Below are positions 12,262-24,929 of a stretch of DNA of 64,000 nt, in pieces (within the stretch, counting starts at the first letter, position 1; each line of letters starts with the position of its first letter). The translations under genes and the position numbers were made by a program. This stretch comes from Antedon mediterranea (lineage: Eukaryota > Animalia > Echinodermata): NCBI RefSeq assembly GCF_964355755.1, contig NC_092673.1:13860948-13924947 (forward strand). Reading direction: 5' to 3'. The notes under the pieces are model-generated. The model worked only from the letters and a program-made list of their open reading frames with translations. It was not told the origin of the DNA and ran no database searches.

Positions 12262-15200
12262 TTTACAGGCTCTATGTACATGATTTCCAACAAAACTCTT
12301 TCCATGGTATTGTTGGCGAGGAATTTTGTTTTTCCGTAAAATTTCATCCATTTGAGTAGCAAGAGGTCCAGTTCCAAATTTTAGGTCGTTGTTTAATGAA
12401 GTACGCTATTAGGAAATATAAAATGTGTATTAAAAGCGTTTAATTGAATTCATTTTAATTAACTACATTGTATTTATATTTACCAAGTCTTTAACTTCTT
12501 GATCTTTTAGATTGATCTGGTGTCCAAGCTGTGAAATGGTATCCGCATTATATTCACGTTGAACAAGTGACAACGAGAGTTGGTTGCGCAACTCATCAAT
12601 TTCTGCATCCAAAGACTTAATTTTGTCTGTACAAGAGTTTCGATTGGATGTGGCTTCAGCTACTTTTTTGTCAAAGTCTGGCAAAAATTCACCTGGAATA
12701 ATAGATTTTAAATTTATTTAGTCAAGCATTTACAAAGGAAGATGGCAACAGTAAAACAGATTTAAATTTCTGGTTTAAAAAAAAGCAATTCACCCTCATA
12801 TATTTGATTGGATGCATCCTGTCTCATATTAAAATGATGAGGTCCAGGTTATGTATGTCCTTTTCCAGCATGTCATACATTTTTTTAAATAGACCAAGCG
12901 ATATGTGCAAAGCTGGAATGGATACCTGGAAAATATAATTTTAATACTTGGAATTAATTACACTGACATATAAAGGTATGCATGCTATATTATGATTGTT
13001 ATTTTTTTGTTTTAATTTTTAAATATTTGCATGTCCACCATGTCAACACTTTGCGCATGCATCAAATAGGTTGACGCTTCAACCAGCTAAAAAATGGATT
13101 TATTATACTGTACATGTTGTGTCGATTAGAGGACATGCAAATCAAAACTCACTGTTTCAAAATGTCATAACTAAAATTCTATTTAACTAACGACTAATTC
13201 GCTTACCCTGTTTAACTCAATGTTGACCATGTAAGGTCTAATTACACTATTTGACACCAGCTTGCTTTTCTTTATGTCTTGGCCATGGTCTACAAATGAC
13301 TTAAAATCGCGATTATACGATTTCAGGCATCTGCTGCTCTGAGGTGCCCTGTTTTGCTTTATATCATCCTGGTTGCAATAGCAGTAGATGCAACTGTATT
13401 TTCCTATAGGAAAAACACAGCTAAAACATCTTAAAGATGCATTTTAATAAAAAAATAAAAAGGCAATACTCAATATTTTTAGCGGGGATAGTTTTTTAAA
13501 ATTCTAAATTATACAGCACATGAAAATCCCATAACAAAAAATTGTCTAAGGAACGTTTCAACAATACAATTAAATATTTATTAACTCGCAATTATTTACT
13601 CACCATTGGGGCCAACCAGTCCATATATTCGGGATGAAAAGTCGTAGTCCCCAAAACAAAAGATGTTATGAGTTCTGAAATATGAGTAAATTATAACCAT
13701 AACATACACTAGGTTTTATAAAAATTATACCATCACCTAATATTATGGATTAATTGTTCTGCTATACTGTACATTACCTCTTTGTTTTGGGTGAGACCCA
13801 CTGACTTCCATCTAATTCCATGACCTCATCGATCACTAGGTTTAGTCCCTTTTCTATGTTGATGGTAAGGTCTGGGGCTTGAAATATCAGAATCACGATG
13901 ATGTTCTGCAGTGCGTTCGGCTTTTCCAAACCACAAATTTGCAATTCGAATTTGGTGGTGTCACCACCCTTATCACCACCAAATTTGATAAAGATCTCGT
14001 CATTAGGCCTATTGAAGGTGAGTTCATCTGACCTAAAATAGCATACAGTACAGTACAATTATAAAAATGTAGTGTAGAAAGCAAGACATTTTTGTAATTT
14101 ATGTATTTTATCCTTTCAAAACTAAATGTGTTTTTTATTTCATTGATTTAAATAAATACAATTGAAAAATTAATCCTATGAAAAACCTACATGTCATATT
14201 TATTCAAGTAGTCGTATACAAGTTCTTTAATCTTTGTTAGTCGTACGACTGCTACCTCTTCTAGCACCAGCCCTCCGATAGAGGTAGCACAATCTCTCTT
14301 TAGAAACATGTATTCTAAGGATTTTCTTACAATCCTACAATCTCTTCTTGACATATTCGCATTTTCCGCTCTGATGCAAATAAACCTGGACAGAATCTGA
14401 AAAAAAAATACTGCATTTACTTACTGACTGGGTTATCATTAGTTTGGATAACAATTATTATAACTATTATAATTTACATACCTCCGCAGTGCCCGTTGTT
14501 GACTCCAGTTTATTCTGCATTTGTTCATCACTGCTAGGCATTTTTTGGCATCCATTTGGGGATAAACGAAATTGATTGGAATGGCTGGTGGTGGTGAGGC
14601 TATTGTCTCGCTGACAAGTTTTAGTGGCTGAATTTGAAAAACATAAATATATTCATCATTACTATTAGTATTAATTATAATATAAAATGATATAATATTT
14701 ACTGTATTTGCCAGCCTGTATATTTGTATAGACTTTATTACTGTATATAAAGAGTTTTTTTTTTCATTTACTACATTACTGTATACATGTTATATTTTTA
14801 TATGTACATTGAAAAAATTAAATTTATGAATTACAATTTATTAATGTTTTTTAATGTACATCTTTGTGTTTATTTATATCAAGTTGGCTGTAAAACTTAC
14901 TCGTCCTTGAGTTGTGAGGGACATTTTCCCATCAGTTGCGTTCATATCGAACTTAGGGCGAGATAAGTACTGATCTAGTTAAATTTTACGAGAGCGGTAA
15001 TTCGATTAAATTCATTAAATTGCGTTCGACGGCTCATGTTAGGGCGAGATAACTTAAGCATCACATGCTCGCGACCCCGCCGACACAAACAGGAAGTACA
15101 GTTGAACAGGTTAGGGCATTTTATTGTGGGCTATTCCTTGTGTGTATACGCACTCATTCTACCACCTTCTTCTTCTTTTTCGAGTACTGCTTAACGATCC

Positions 15201-17259
15201 GTCGAAACAATGCTTCCTCAGTTATTATTATTATCGGGGTTTTTACCTATATTTTTACAAATGATTAATGACGACACGACGTCTGAACTAGATGAAGGTA
15301 CTGCTTTGCTGCTGTTTGCGTTAGTTGAGTTCATTTCTAGCTGCATGGAATCCCAGCGAATGATGCGACAACAACGACGGCTCAGATACCTACGATATGC
15401 CGAGGAACAGCGCGAACTTGGGGAGATCGTGTTTCTTTTACATACAAGCCTAGATGTAACATTTTTTGTCTTCGCTTTTACTTTTTCGGACATGTTGAAT
15501 GCGGTACAGATGTATTGAAATAAGTTTTAAAATAGTAATATGACAGATCGTCGCTCTCGGTTAACATGTGGTTCAGAAATAAAGCTAATTTGTTGATGTT
15601 TATATGTCAAAGTTGAAATTTGCTTTAATCTGATTGGTGTATTGGTGACCTCCAATTCTGAATGCCTCATGCTGTGTTAATTACCTTAATCGTTTTCTAG
15701 CTTTACCAGTGGATTTACTATTCCGTCGAGGCGATGGCCTTGACTGACCGTAGTCGAGGAAATTCCTTCATCTCGCCCTAATAATTCGTTCACATCGAAG
15801 TTATGGCGACATCATCTCGTTAATCTAGTAAATTTATCTCGCCCTAAGTTCGATATGAACGGGCCTATCAACTATTTCTTTTCTCACAAGGCCATGTGCC
15901 ATGTTCTTTAGTTCTGCTGGATACACATGTACTTGATTTGTTGTCGCACTTATTTCTTTAACAGCATTCACAATCGTTGCAAATGCTTGTTCCTTTATAG
16001 ATTTACAAAAGTGGCTTTCTGTTTCAGCTAGCACCAGCTTCAGATTGCAGTTAGTGCATTTTAGAGGCACCTTTAATATGGACTGTTCCACAATCGGTGG
16101 AATTGACTGAATGTTGTGATGTCGCAACTGAAGCATTCAATTTCTCCTCTTCCAACTGCCTTTTAAAGACTTTCTGTATGCAGAAATTGCAATAAAAATG
16201 TTGACACGGTGTCTGTATACTGTCAACAGAAAGTAGATTGCCACAAACATTGCATTCATATATATTATCGGCATCATCAAAAATACGATATTGGCGATTT
16301 AAAGCGAGTTCGCTTTGTGCCGATACAAAATTTCCCCATATGTTACGGGAATCAGGAAACTTGTATTGTTTCAACCGTCTTCCTTGTCTCAATTGCTGCC
16401 TCAATAAGTAGCAAGCAAGGCATTTCGATGTATGTAATTTAGCTAATTGAAAAAATGGTGATATGGTCTGTCCTTTAATAACTTTTGAGTGACATGTTGA
16501 ACAGATCCATTCAAAATGTATGTCATTTATTTGTAGTTGAATTTTCATATTCTCACTTTTATACTTTTTTTCATTTTCTTTAATTTTTTTACCACAGCAT
16601 TGACAGATGGAGTCTATAGCCCTCTCATGAAACTGCTCCTCCCTGTAAAAAAATTATATCATCAATTTATGAATTTTAAAAAAAACCAATTGGGCGCAAC
16701 AGTGCAATGTTGGGTTTCGTATTATTAGTTATAACTAATTAGTTATATGCTATAATATACTATCATGCCTACACTGTCAGACTGGTCTAGGCATATAGGC
16801 TAGTAGTAGTATTATTAATATTTAATTATATTTATAATATTCTAAAATCTAAATAATAATTTTATTTTGTCAACAATAAATAATGCCAAACTGTAGGCCT
16901 AGAAAAAAACAAATAACTATGTTTTAATAATATTAAATATCAAATTTTCTAGCGTTGGGCCTAGCGTCATCCTAGGCCCCCACCTATACCGCTCTTGTCG
17001 CGGTCATCACCTAGGCCTGAGCGCTCCGCTGAAATCGCCGATACGCTGATCGTATAAAAAAGGGTTGCACATTACAGGATTTTACCAGGTTTCTAACCAG
17101 CAACTCTATTTAAACCTTTGCTCAATTGAATCATATACAAATTTTGTTTTACATAATATTTGCTGTTTATCTACAAAAAATTACATTTAAACAAAAACAG
17201 TAAAATCATACGATCATTTTGTTCACTTACGTTTGTTTACTATTTGTAGCGCTAGCCAT
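12262..17259 (-). pseudogene. Chapaev transposase, at least 10 exons, disrupted (Chapa/CND zinc motif, RING, ZFA, DDE core)
   Basis: Approximate exons with GT-AG ends: 17259-17231 (MASATNSKQ, phase-compatible with the next exon); 16642-14909 (HERAIDSICQCCG, DIHFEWICSTC, HTSKCLAC, RING CNVC..CQHFYCNFC..CFSC, CTNC..H; split by a MITE and frameshifts); 14633-14481; 14398-14191; 14032-13797 (IKFGGDKGG); 13675-13601 (FGDYDF..YGLVG); 13404-13208 (CIYC); 12925-12793 (PALHISLG); 12692-12466; 12405-12262 (RQQYHGKSFVGNH). The catalytic Glu region was not found. Confidence 0.85.
14939..15865 (+). mobile_element. Non-autonomous PIF/Harbinger-like element inserted in the Chapaev transposase exon
   Basis: About 28-bp TIR CGTTCATATCGAACTTAGGGCGAGATAA; right end ...GAACGGGCC, left end eroded by a few bases; internal TIR-motif copies near 15040 and 15770; ORF 15210-15518 resembles a Harbinger transposase N-terminus. 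Confidence 0.7.
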
Positions 17260-18387
17260 AGTATTTCCTGGTTTCATGTACTGTACTAAATGTGATTAAA
17301 ATCTGCTTTATAAAATTTTTTTTATATTTTAAGCGTGGTCAAACAATAACATGTTTATGTTTTAACCAAATGAATTTAATATTGAACAAAAACAGTATGT
17401 TAAGAATTATTAAACTAATAAGTACTACAAGGTGGAAAAAATAGCTATCGATCTCGCGAAAATACGATTGATAGCGAAAATCATAATTTGCGCCGTTGCT
17501 CGAGCGTCGTCTGCTAATATTGAGGGCGCTTGACTTTTATTAATATTTATTACATGATGGAACAGCTGTGGTCGATATCTTGGTAACTATTTGTCCTAAA
17601 AAGTTCAGTTTGGTGTCAAATTGTTCAAAATATACACATTTATATTTGCTCTTACAAAATATTTTGTCAGAATTCAATTGGAAATGTCAATTTGAGCTAC
17701 AGTATGTTCCATCGTTTTGCATATATTTAGCAACTAATACTCTATACAAAGAGAGAGGGGAGGTGGTTGCGGTGGATGGAGAGACACATACTTTTTTGAC
17801 ACAAATGTCTGCACTATAAAATGTGAAGAAAAAAAATCGTATCACTACCATATTTGGGCACATCACACCTTTTTTGTTAAACTAGTTTGATAGTGTAGAC
17901 AAACATGTGAAACATATGTGTCTCTCCATCCACCCCAACCAACTCCCTCGCTTTTCTGATGCTACTGCATGCATCTATAGACATCAAAATGGCCGGAATT
18001 GTACTGGAAAGTTTTTAGCTACATTTGAAAATAGGTCCCAGAGGATGGGTGTATTGTAATGTTATCACAATTATGGTACAATTGTTTGTACTGGGAAAGT
18101 TTCAAAACTACATTTCAAATATTGGCTAATAACATCACATGCTATTAAAGATATACTTATTGTCCCCCTGACAATGTAATTTTTACAAATATTTTTGTTG
18201 AATGTTTTAATATAATTGATTTAATATCACATAATAGTTATTCACTATTTCACCAAAAATTGGATTGGAAAAAAATGGTTAAAAGTTAATGTGGTTTTGG
18301 TTAAATTAACTTTATTTTTTCTTTATAAAAGTGATATTTACTTTTTTTAGATTAACTCTTTGATTAAACACCTCTTCCAATGCAGTC

Positions 18388-18560
18388 TAGGCTCGCACTG
18401 GCCGATCGCCAAGTCGCCATGGGCGAAAACGTTTCCAGATTGGCGAAAAATAAAACGGCTACTTTAGCCATTTTGGCGATGTCATATGATAAAATAGATA
18501 ATCAAATAATCATTTTGGCGAAAGCATAAAGTCCAACTAAAAGGTCCATTTGTCGATCTC
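18388..18560. mobile_element. Single terminus of a hAT-like MITE
   Basis: TAGGCTCGCACTGGCCGATCGCC start followed by repeated TCGCCA/TGGCGA subterminal motifs; no partner end found. Confidence 0.4.
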
Positions 18561-18566
18561 CAAGGA

Positions 18567-19011
18567 TTAAATAATTATTGCTAGGTAAAGAGGGTTTATG
18601 TTTATGACAGGGGGCGTCAGGTTCGGCGACGGTGATATTCCGTCGGCTTCACGTACAATGTAAATAGATAAATGATGAAAGTACAAGTAGGTTAAATTCT
18701 CATGAGCCGTATGGCCTTTTATTCATACTTGGTAAAAACTTACCGATTATATACAAGATATGACACAATTACAAATACAATTTATGGGATGGATGGTCCA
18801 AGAGCTTCTCGTACGTCCCTCTCGCTTGGAATCAAAACGAAGAGTGCCAGAGACCTAGTAGGTCCCTGGATAAGTTGTTTACCAGAATTTAGCGCGTAGT
18901 TAAATTACACGCACAGAAAAGTAGCCAATCAGAACTTCGTCTTATTTGGCCTGCTACATTATAGCAATAGGTAGGAAATAAATGATTTGGACTATACCAA
19001 ATTCCGTTACA
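18567..19011 (-). repeat. Truncated 3' LTR of Gypsy 1
   Basis: Matches about 24457-24854, ends CCGTTACA and abuts the PPT. Confidence 0.9.
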
Positions 19012-19199
19012 TTACCCCCATCTCGGACTGATTTGTCCCCTGAATCCGAATACAAGAAAGTAGGCTTAGCCTATATGCCTGTGTAAAATGATTAACTAGT
19101 TTAGTTATTTAATTTTTAAAGCAAACAAACAACGTCAATTATAACTAAGTTTAACAATATGTCTATACTTAATTAAAAAAATACTCGCGGGAGGTTTCC

Positions 19200-21330
19200 T
19201 CAATTTGTTGTACGTCTCCGCTCCGCATCACAGTAATACTATTACTAATAGTGCTGGTTTCCACTACTTTCACCACTTGGCACACAATGTTGTCCTGCAG
19301 GGCGTTGCTTGCACGGGTACGTGTAGAAGGTCGGACGGGGTCGGTAACTTTATAGTATCGTTTTCTTCCTGCGAACTCAGTTTGCTTCGTTCATCTGGCG
19401 ATAAAAGAGCCGGCTTTCCCTTCGGATATTCTTCGTACCTTTCGGACGGGTTCTTGAGTCTGTAATAATATCTCGTCCATCAGGGAGCTATATCCTGGAG
19501 ACAAGGCCAACACCGGCAATTCTGCCATTATAGATGGCAACTCGGCAACATCGGCCGGCTTCGGTTGTTGGTGACGAGATACAGGTATTGACTCGGGTTT
19601 ATTCCTTCGATGCTGGTGGTGGTTTCATTCTTCGTGTCGTACTTGGTCCGCTTTTGTGTGGAACTTTCCTCCACAAAAACTGCATTCAAACCGCTTAGGG
19701 TTGCCTTCACCCTCGTATCGTTTTAACAGGTCAAAATGTAGTATTCTGAATTTCGGTCTAGGTCCTAGGCGTATCCGGTACGTTACTTCTGACAATTTCT
19801 TTTCAATGCGGAAGGGCCAACGCCATAAGCTTTCCAACTTTGGAGATACCCCTCTACGTTTTGTTTTATCGTACATCAGGACGAACATTCCTTCCTCCAA
19901 CGTCCTACCACCGGATCGATGATCGTACAACTTTTTCTGTCTTCTCGTACTTTTTTTAAAAACCATTTTGGCTCGTTCTCTGGCCAATTCCATCCAATGT
20001 TTCATACGAGACACAAAATCCTCCTCAGGAATATGATTTATTGGAGATATCATCAGGTCCACTGGTACCGTTGCCTCTCTTACGAACATCATCAGCTGGG
20101 GTGTTTCCCCTGTGGATTCTTGTGGGGTGGTTCTGTATGCAAACGTAGCGTAAGGGAGGAACTCGTCCCAGGTTTTCTGGTCCTCTAGAGGTTGTAACAT
20201 TATTGCAATTATATTCACTAACGTCCTGTTAAATCGTTCTACGAGGCCGTCCGATTTGGGGTTATATGGGGTAGTTCTGGTTTTGTGTATGCCTAATAAC
20301 ATACACATTTCTTTAATAATTGTTGACTCGAAATTTCGTCCCTGGTCGGAGTGTAACTGTTGCGGTATCCCGAACCTTGGCACAAACCCTTCCACAAAGC
20401 ACTTCGCAAGGGGATACGCCTCCATCCACTTGGTCCAATAATCGCCGACTACTAACACGTACTTATTACCACGTTCCGATATAGGAAATGGTCCAAGAAT
20501 GTCCATTGCGACTCGTTTAGTGGTTCTCGAACAGGCCACTGTTGTAGCTTAGCTTTCCTACGTTCTGGGGGTGATTTGCGCTTTGCACAGGGAACACACA
20601 TTCGAATATGCGCCCGTACATCTGCATGCATTTTGGGCCAATAAAATCGTTGTTTTAATTTTCCTATCGTCTTATGACAACCCAGGTGACCACTCGTAAC
20701 TCCGCCATGAGCTTCGTTTATTAAACTCGTCCTTAAAGTATGGGGAACTACAACTTTCCAGGTACTGCTGCTACTGTCGCCATTCACTGCCTCCCATCGC
20801 CGACATAACACTCCTTCTCGTATCTCTAGTACGTCCCAAATTATCCAATAAGGTCTATTGTCGGGATTCACGTCCTCCCATTTAGGGCGATCAGAATTGG
20901 TCAGTTTTACTTGGTACACCCATGATATAGACTCATCATCTAACTGTTTATTTTTCAGGTCGGTAGCTGGTACTTCAGGTTCTAATCTAGTTAATCTGGC
21001 ATAGGCTATTTCGGTAAACTGGTCCTCATTGTCACGTCCACACTGTTTACAAACACGTCTCGACAATCCATCTGCATTTCCATGTTTGTTTCCGAGTCTG
21101 TGAATTATGATAAACTCGTACTCACTAATCACTAATCACCAGCGGTCCAATTGTCCCTCTTGATTTTTAAAATTTAAAATTTAAAATTTAAAACAGAGTA
21201 AAGCATGGTCAGTCCGGATAGTAATCTTTCTCCCGTAATAGTATTGTCGGAAATATTTCAGGAAATACACAAGAGCTAAAAGCTCTCGTCTGGTAACGCA
21301 ATAATTTTGTTCAGCCTAACTAAGCATTTA
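19200..21330 (-). pseudogene. Gypsy pol relic: RNase H, integrase zinc finger (HHCC), rve core, C-terminal extension
   Basis: NYCVTRRELLALV..RTDH (RNase H); NADGLSR; AHGGVTSGHLG..RFYWPKM..CVPC; VAMDILGPF..LHSDQGRNFES..SDGLVERFN; frameshift near 20540. Confidence 0.92.
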
Positions 21331-21362
21331 CATAAAGCCCGTCCATCGGGTTATATACAGGA

Positions 21363-22443
21363 TTATATACAGGTAGACCTATCTGGTTCATCAGCACTTG
21401 CTGTTGTGTAACGATTCCATGTGTCATAATCATTACAGAGCACAAGATTATTTTGTAGAATGGATAATTCTTTCATTCTAATATTATCAAATGCTTTACA
21501 GTTTAATAAAAAATGTTTGATGTCTTCAATTTCACCATTCCCACATAAAGTACAAAGACCGGACACATCATTGGACCATTTATAAGTTTTACAATCTAAA
21601 GGTAGAGTGTTAGATCTTAATTTAAATTTCAGACTTGTCTCATAAAAATGTGTTTTATCAAGTAAATATTTTTCTAAATTAGGGAAAGGTTTCAATTTTG
21701 AGTATAAATTTAATGAAGTTTTTTGCATTATATTATTTGACCACTCTGATTTACATGATTCTGACACACATCGCTCGACATTGCTGACTGACAAAGGAAC
21801 AAGAGTTAAACTATCATTATCAAAAACATTGTTGTAAAAGCCTATATCTGTACATTTTTCAAATATGTCAACACAACTACTAAGAAATTTATATTTTAAA
21901 CGATCAAAGTCACATTTCAATTGTAGCATAGAATTAAGTACAATATTAGGCCACCTGTGGTCATCCATAGTTATAAAACGATTAAATAATTTAACTCCTG
22001 GACAGTTTGTGTAACTTGGATAATGGAACCCACCCAAGGTCACCATAAAGTGCCTCTTTTGGAGTATACCGTGGAGCTTTGAGAAGAAAGCGGGCCATTT
22101 GCAATTGCACGTTCTCTCGGTCTTCGTTATCCTTCTTGGATTTATTATACCAAATGCTACAAGCATAATTTATTGAAGGAATTGCAATGGTTTTCCTCAG
22201 TATGTTTCCATAGTATACCCGGTTAAAGTCATCAAGGTTAGCTATGATACCTTTGATATAAGCTATAAGCCGGTTGCCCTTTTGGATAACATGTTCATAA
22301 TGTGAATGTTCACTCATGTTTGAGGAAATATAGACCCCTAAATATTTATAACTATTTACTTCTTTTATCGATTTTTCACCTAATTTCCACTCTTTATCTT
22401 TATTTATACGTTGTTTTAAACACATGGGTTTATAATGGGCCAA
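21363..22443 (-). pseudogene. Non-LTR retrotransposon ORF2 C-terminal fragment (RTE-X-like) inside Gypsy 1
   Basis: WKLGEKSIKEVNSYKYLGVYI, IPSINYACSIW, ALYGDLGW, and a C-terminal CCHC CTLCGNGEIEDIKHFLLNC; frameshift between ORFs 21991-22443 and 21363-22166. Confidence 0.85.
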
Positions 22444-23109
22444 AAAGCCCCCTTAACCCTGCCACACTCTATCGAAAGAAGATGGACTGTGGCGATTCAA
22501 GGTAAATTCAATAGCTAATAATGGAGTTTGATGTACAGTTACGACAGTTTCAAGCCTGGATGTTTTTGTTTAAATGAAATATACTGACGTACTCTATTAC
22601 TATTAATTACTTATAAAAAATTAACTTGTAATTTTAGGCCTACTACTAATACTATTATTACTAGTAATAATGGAAGGTAGTCATAACAGTCCGTCATCAA
22701 TGAATTTTGTACAATACGGGCCAGCGATGAATGTACAGTCAGCAGTAGGCCTAGTTAATAAGACTTTTCGCGTCTAGCCGGGCTTTGAGCAGTTTTTAAT
22801 TGCTATTTTCTTTAGAAAAATTTGAATTTGAAGTATGTTTAATGATGATGATATTATTGTATTGGCAAAACAATCTTATCATTTCTATTTATTCGAACTT
22901 GTCATAGCCTGCTTAGCCGTCGACGATGTACGTGTACACAGTTACACGGTGACAGTTGAGTTTGGGGAATTCCAACACACAGTTGATCACAACGTAGGCT
23001 ACGAATGCTGCGTGTAGCCTACGCACTACAAATGCTACGCCACGCAACCACCACGCGTAGACTATGTTACCTACGCGTGGCAAAAGTTGCAGTAGTTTTT
23101 ATCTGTACT

Positions 23110-24050
23110 GTAATCTAAGTTGCATTAGGTAATTTTCGGCTTGTTCAGCAGTTCCGAACTAACGTTCAAGAATTTGATCAGGTCCTCGTAAGTCACGTTC
23201 CTGCTTTCAAAATTTCCCTTTAAGGAGGCGGCTAAGAAGGCAACGGCTTTATCATCTGACCACCCATTAGCTAATCTACAGGAATTGAAATGAGCCAGAT
23301 ATTCTCTCCAGGGTATTTTCTCCTCGTATCTGTCTGGGCTAATTATGGGCCGTTTCAGGGCCTCCCCAAAAACACGTTCGAATTTATAGGCATAGCATTC
23401 TGCTGCACTACCTCTGGTACTAACACCTGCGGCTCAGCGAAACTTTGTTGGGACCCCATAGCGAACCCGGCCGCTGTGTAACTGGGGCTTACTCCCCCAA
23501 CGTATGCATCACCCAGTGATTGCATTACTGTTTGACTACTCTGTCTAGACTCAGGTAGCCTTTCTCTTACTGGTACCGATTTATTAATCATACGACTGAT
23601 TCTTTGACCTCCTAGGCCTTCCATATCGCGTACCATACCTACAGGATCATCATCCAATTTACCGTCGGCCAAGGTTTCTGGATTCATGACGTCCAAACCT
23701 TGCCGCCCGTCGTACATCAGGTCCCGGCCTAGTGTAGCTGATTCGACGTGTTCTAAACTAATATTTTGCTTATTTCTCTGGTTAGGCCCTCTTACCCCTG
23801 ATGCTGCGTCGCCTTCATGCAGAGAACCTAACCACGGTTTAGTTCCATCAAAATTCCACCGGCTAACCCTGGTTCTAGGAATAGAGCTGGAAATATCCAC
23901 AGATGAGGTTTTATTATTAATAATATCGGAAGGTTTGGAAATCATATTTTTCCCGGATAGACCTCCTATTTCCCGTTCTATCTCCGTCATTCGTTCTTTG
24001 ATATCAGTAATCATATTCGTAGCCACACAACTCTGATGGTGGTGGACCAT
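23110..24050 (-). pseudogene. Gypsy gag relic
   Basis: ORF 23355-24050 starts just inside the PBS; a shifted frame gives PDRYEEKIPWREYLAHFNSCRLANGWSDDKAVAFLAASLKG, a typical capsid N-terminus. Confidence 0.75.
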
Positions 24051-24160
24051 CCATCCCGTTCACACACGTATACAAAATAAAACTACAGGGATAATACACA
24101 CACGTACAACTGCCAAACTGGATCCTACTCTACAATTTTATCCCACCATCCTGCCATTAA

Positions 24161-24854
24161 TGTAACGTTTTTCCATCTCGCCTGTCTCTACTGCGTACTA
24201 ATACTATAGCCCGGTAGCAATCTCGTTCGTTAGGCCTGGCTAGCCTAGTTATTTATTATAAAGTTAAAGACAAGATGCTCGGCTTATCGGAAGGAGTGTG
24301 CTCCTTCTAATAAACGGACCACCGGAAAAGTCCCACACCCTAGTTTATTCTATGGACAGAGGGGAGGTTTAATCTCGCTAGGCTAGCCTATCAGGTTCTC
24401 AGGTTCCTCTCGTTCAGTCTGCTCGCCGTAGGCCTACACACATACGACGTACACTAAATTAAATAATTATTTGCTAGGTAAAGAGGGTTTATGTTTATGA
24501 CAGGGGGCGTCAGGTTCGGCGACGGTGATATTCCGTCGGCTTCACGTACAATGTAAATAGATAAATGATGAAAGTACAAGTAGTTTAAATTCTCATGAGC
24601 CTTTTATTCATACAAGGTGAGAACTTACTGATTAAAAATACAAGATATGACACAATTACAAATACAAATTATGGGATGGATGGTACAAGAACTTCCCGTA
24701 CGTCCCACTCGCTTGGAATCAAAACGAAGAGTGCCAGAGACCTAGTAGGTCCCTGGATAAGTTGTTTACCAGAATTTAGCGCGTAGTTAAATTACACGCA
24801 CAGAAAAGTAGCCAATCAGAATAAATGATTTGGACTATACCAAATTCCGTTACA
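24161..24854 (-). repeat. 5' LTR (694 bp) of Gypsy 1
   Basis: TGTAAC/GTTACA inverted ends; near-identical to 18567-19011 and 10290-10655. Confidence 0.92.
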
Positions 24855-24929
24855 TTATATTATTAAATATTACAATTAAAGAAATAAATATGAAAATCTG
24901 ACATTTAAATATAAGGTTTAAATTTTTAC

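Larger units (their letters stand above)
10879..17570 (-). mobile_element. Chapaev (CMC) DNA transposon with RAG1-like N-terminal domains
   Basis: TIR CACAGCTGTTCCA at 10879-10891 and 17558-17570; 4-bp TSD GTCG (10875-10878, 17571-17574); CAC...GTG termini with a 4-bp TSD are Chapaev hallmarks; internal spliced transposase. Confidence 0.88.
18567..24854 (-). mobile_element. Ty3/Gypsy LTR retrotransposon 1, decayed (protease and RT lost)
   Basis: 5' LTR 24161-24854 (TGTAAC...GTTACA); PBS-like TGGCAGGATGGTGGGA at 24141-24156; gag relic 23110-24050; RNase H and integrase 19200-21330; PPT GAGATGGGGGTAA at 19012-19024; truncated 3' LTR 18567-19011. Confidence 0.92.

Noticed and set aside
22453-23090. 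piggyBac-like MITE (TTAACCCTGCCAC start)
   Set aside because: The putative other end (GTGGCAAAAGTT) matches poorly and lacks TTAA.
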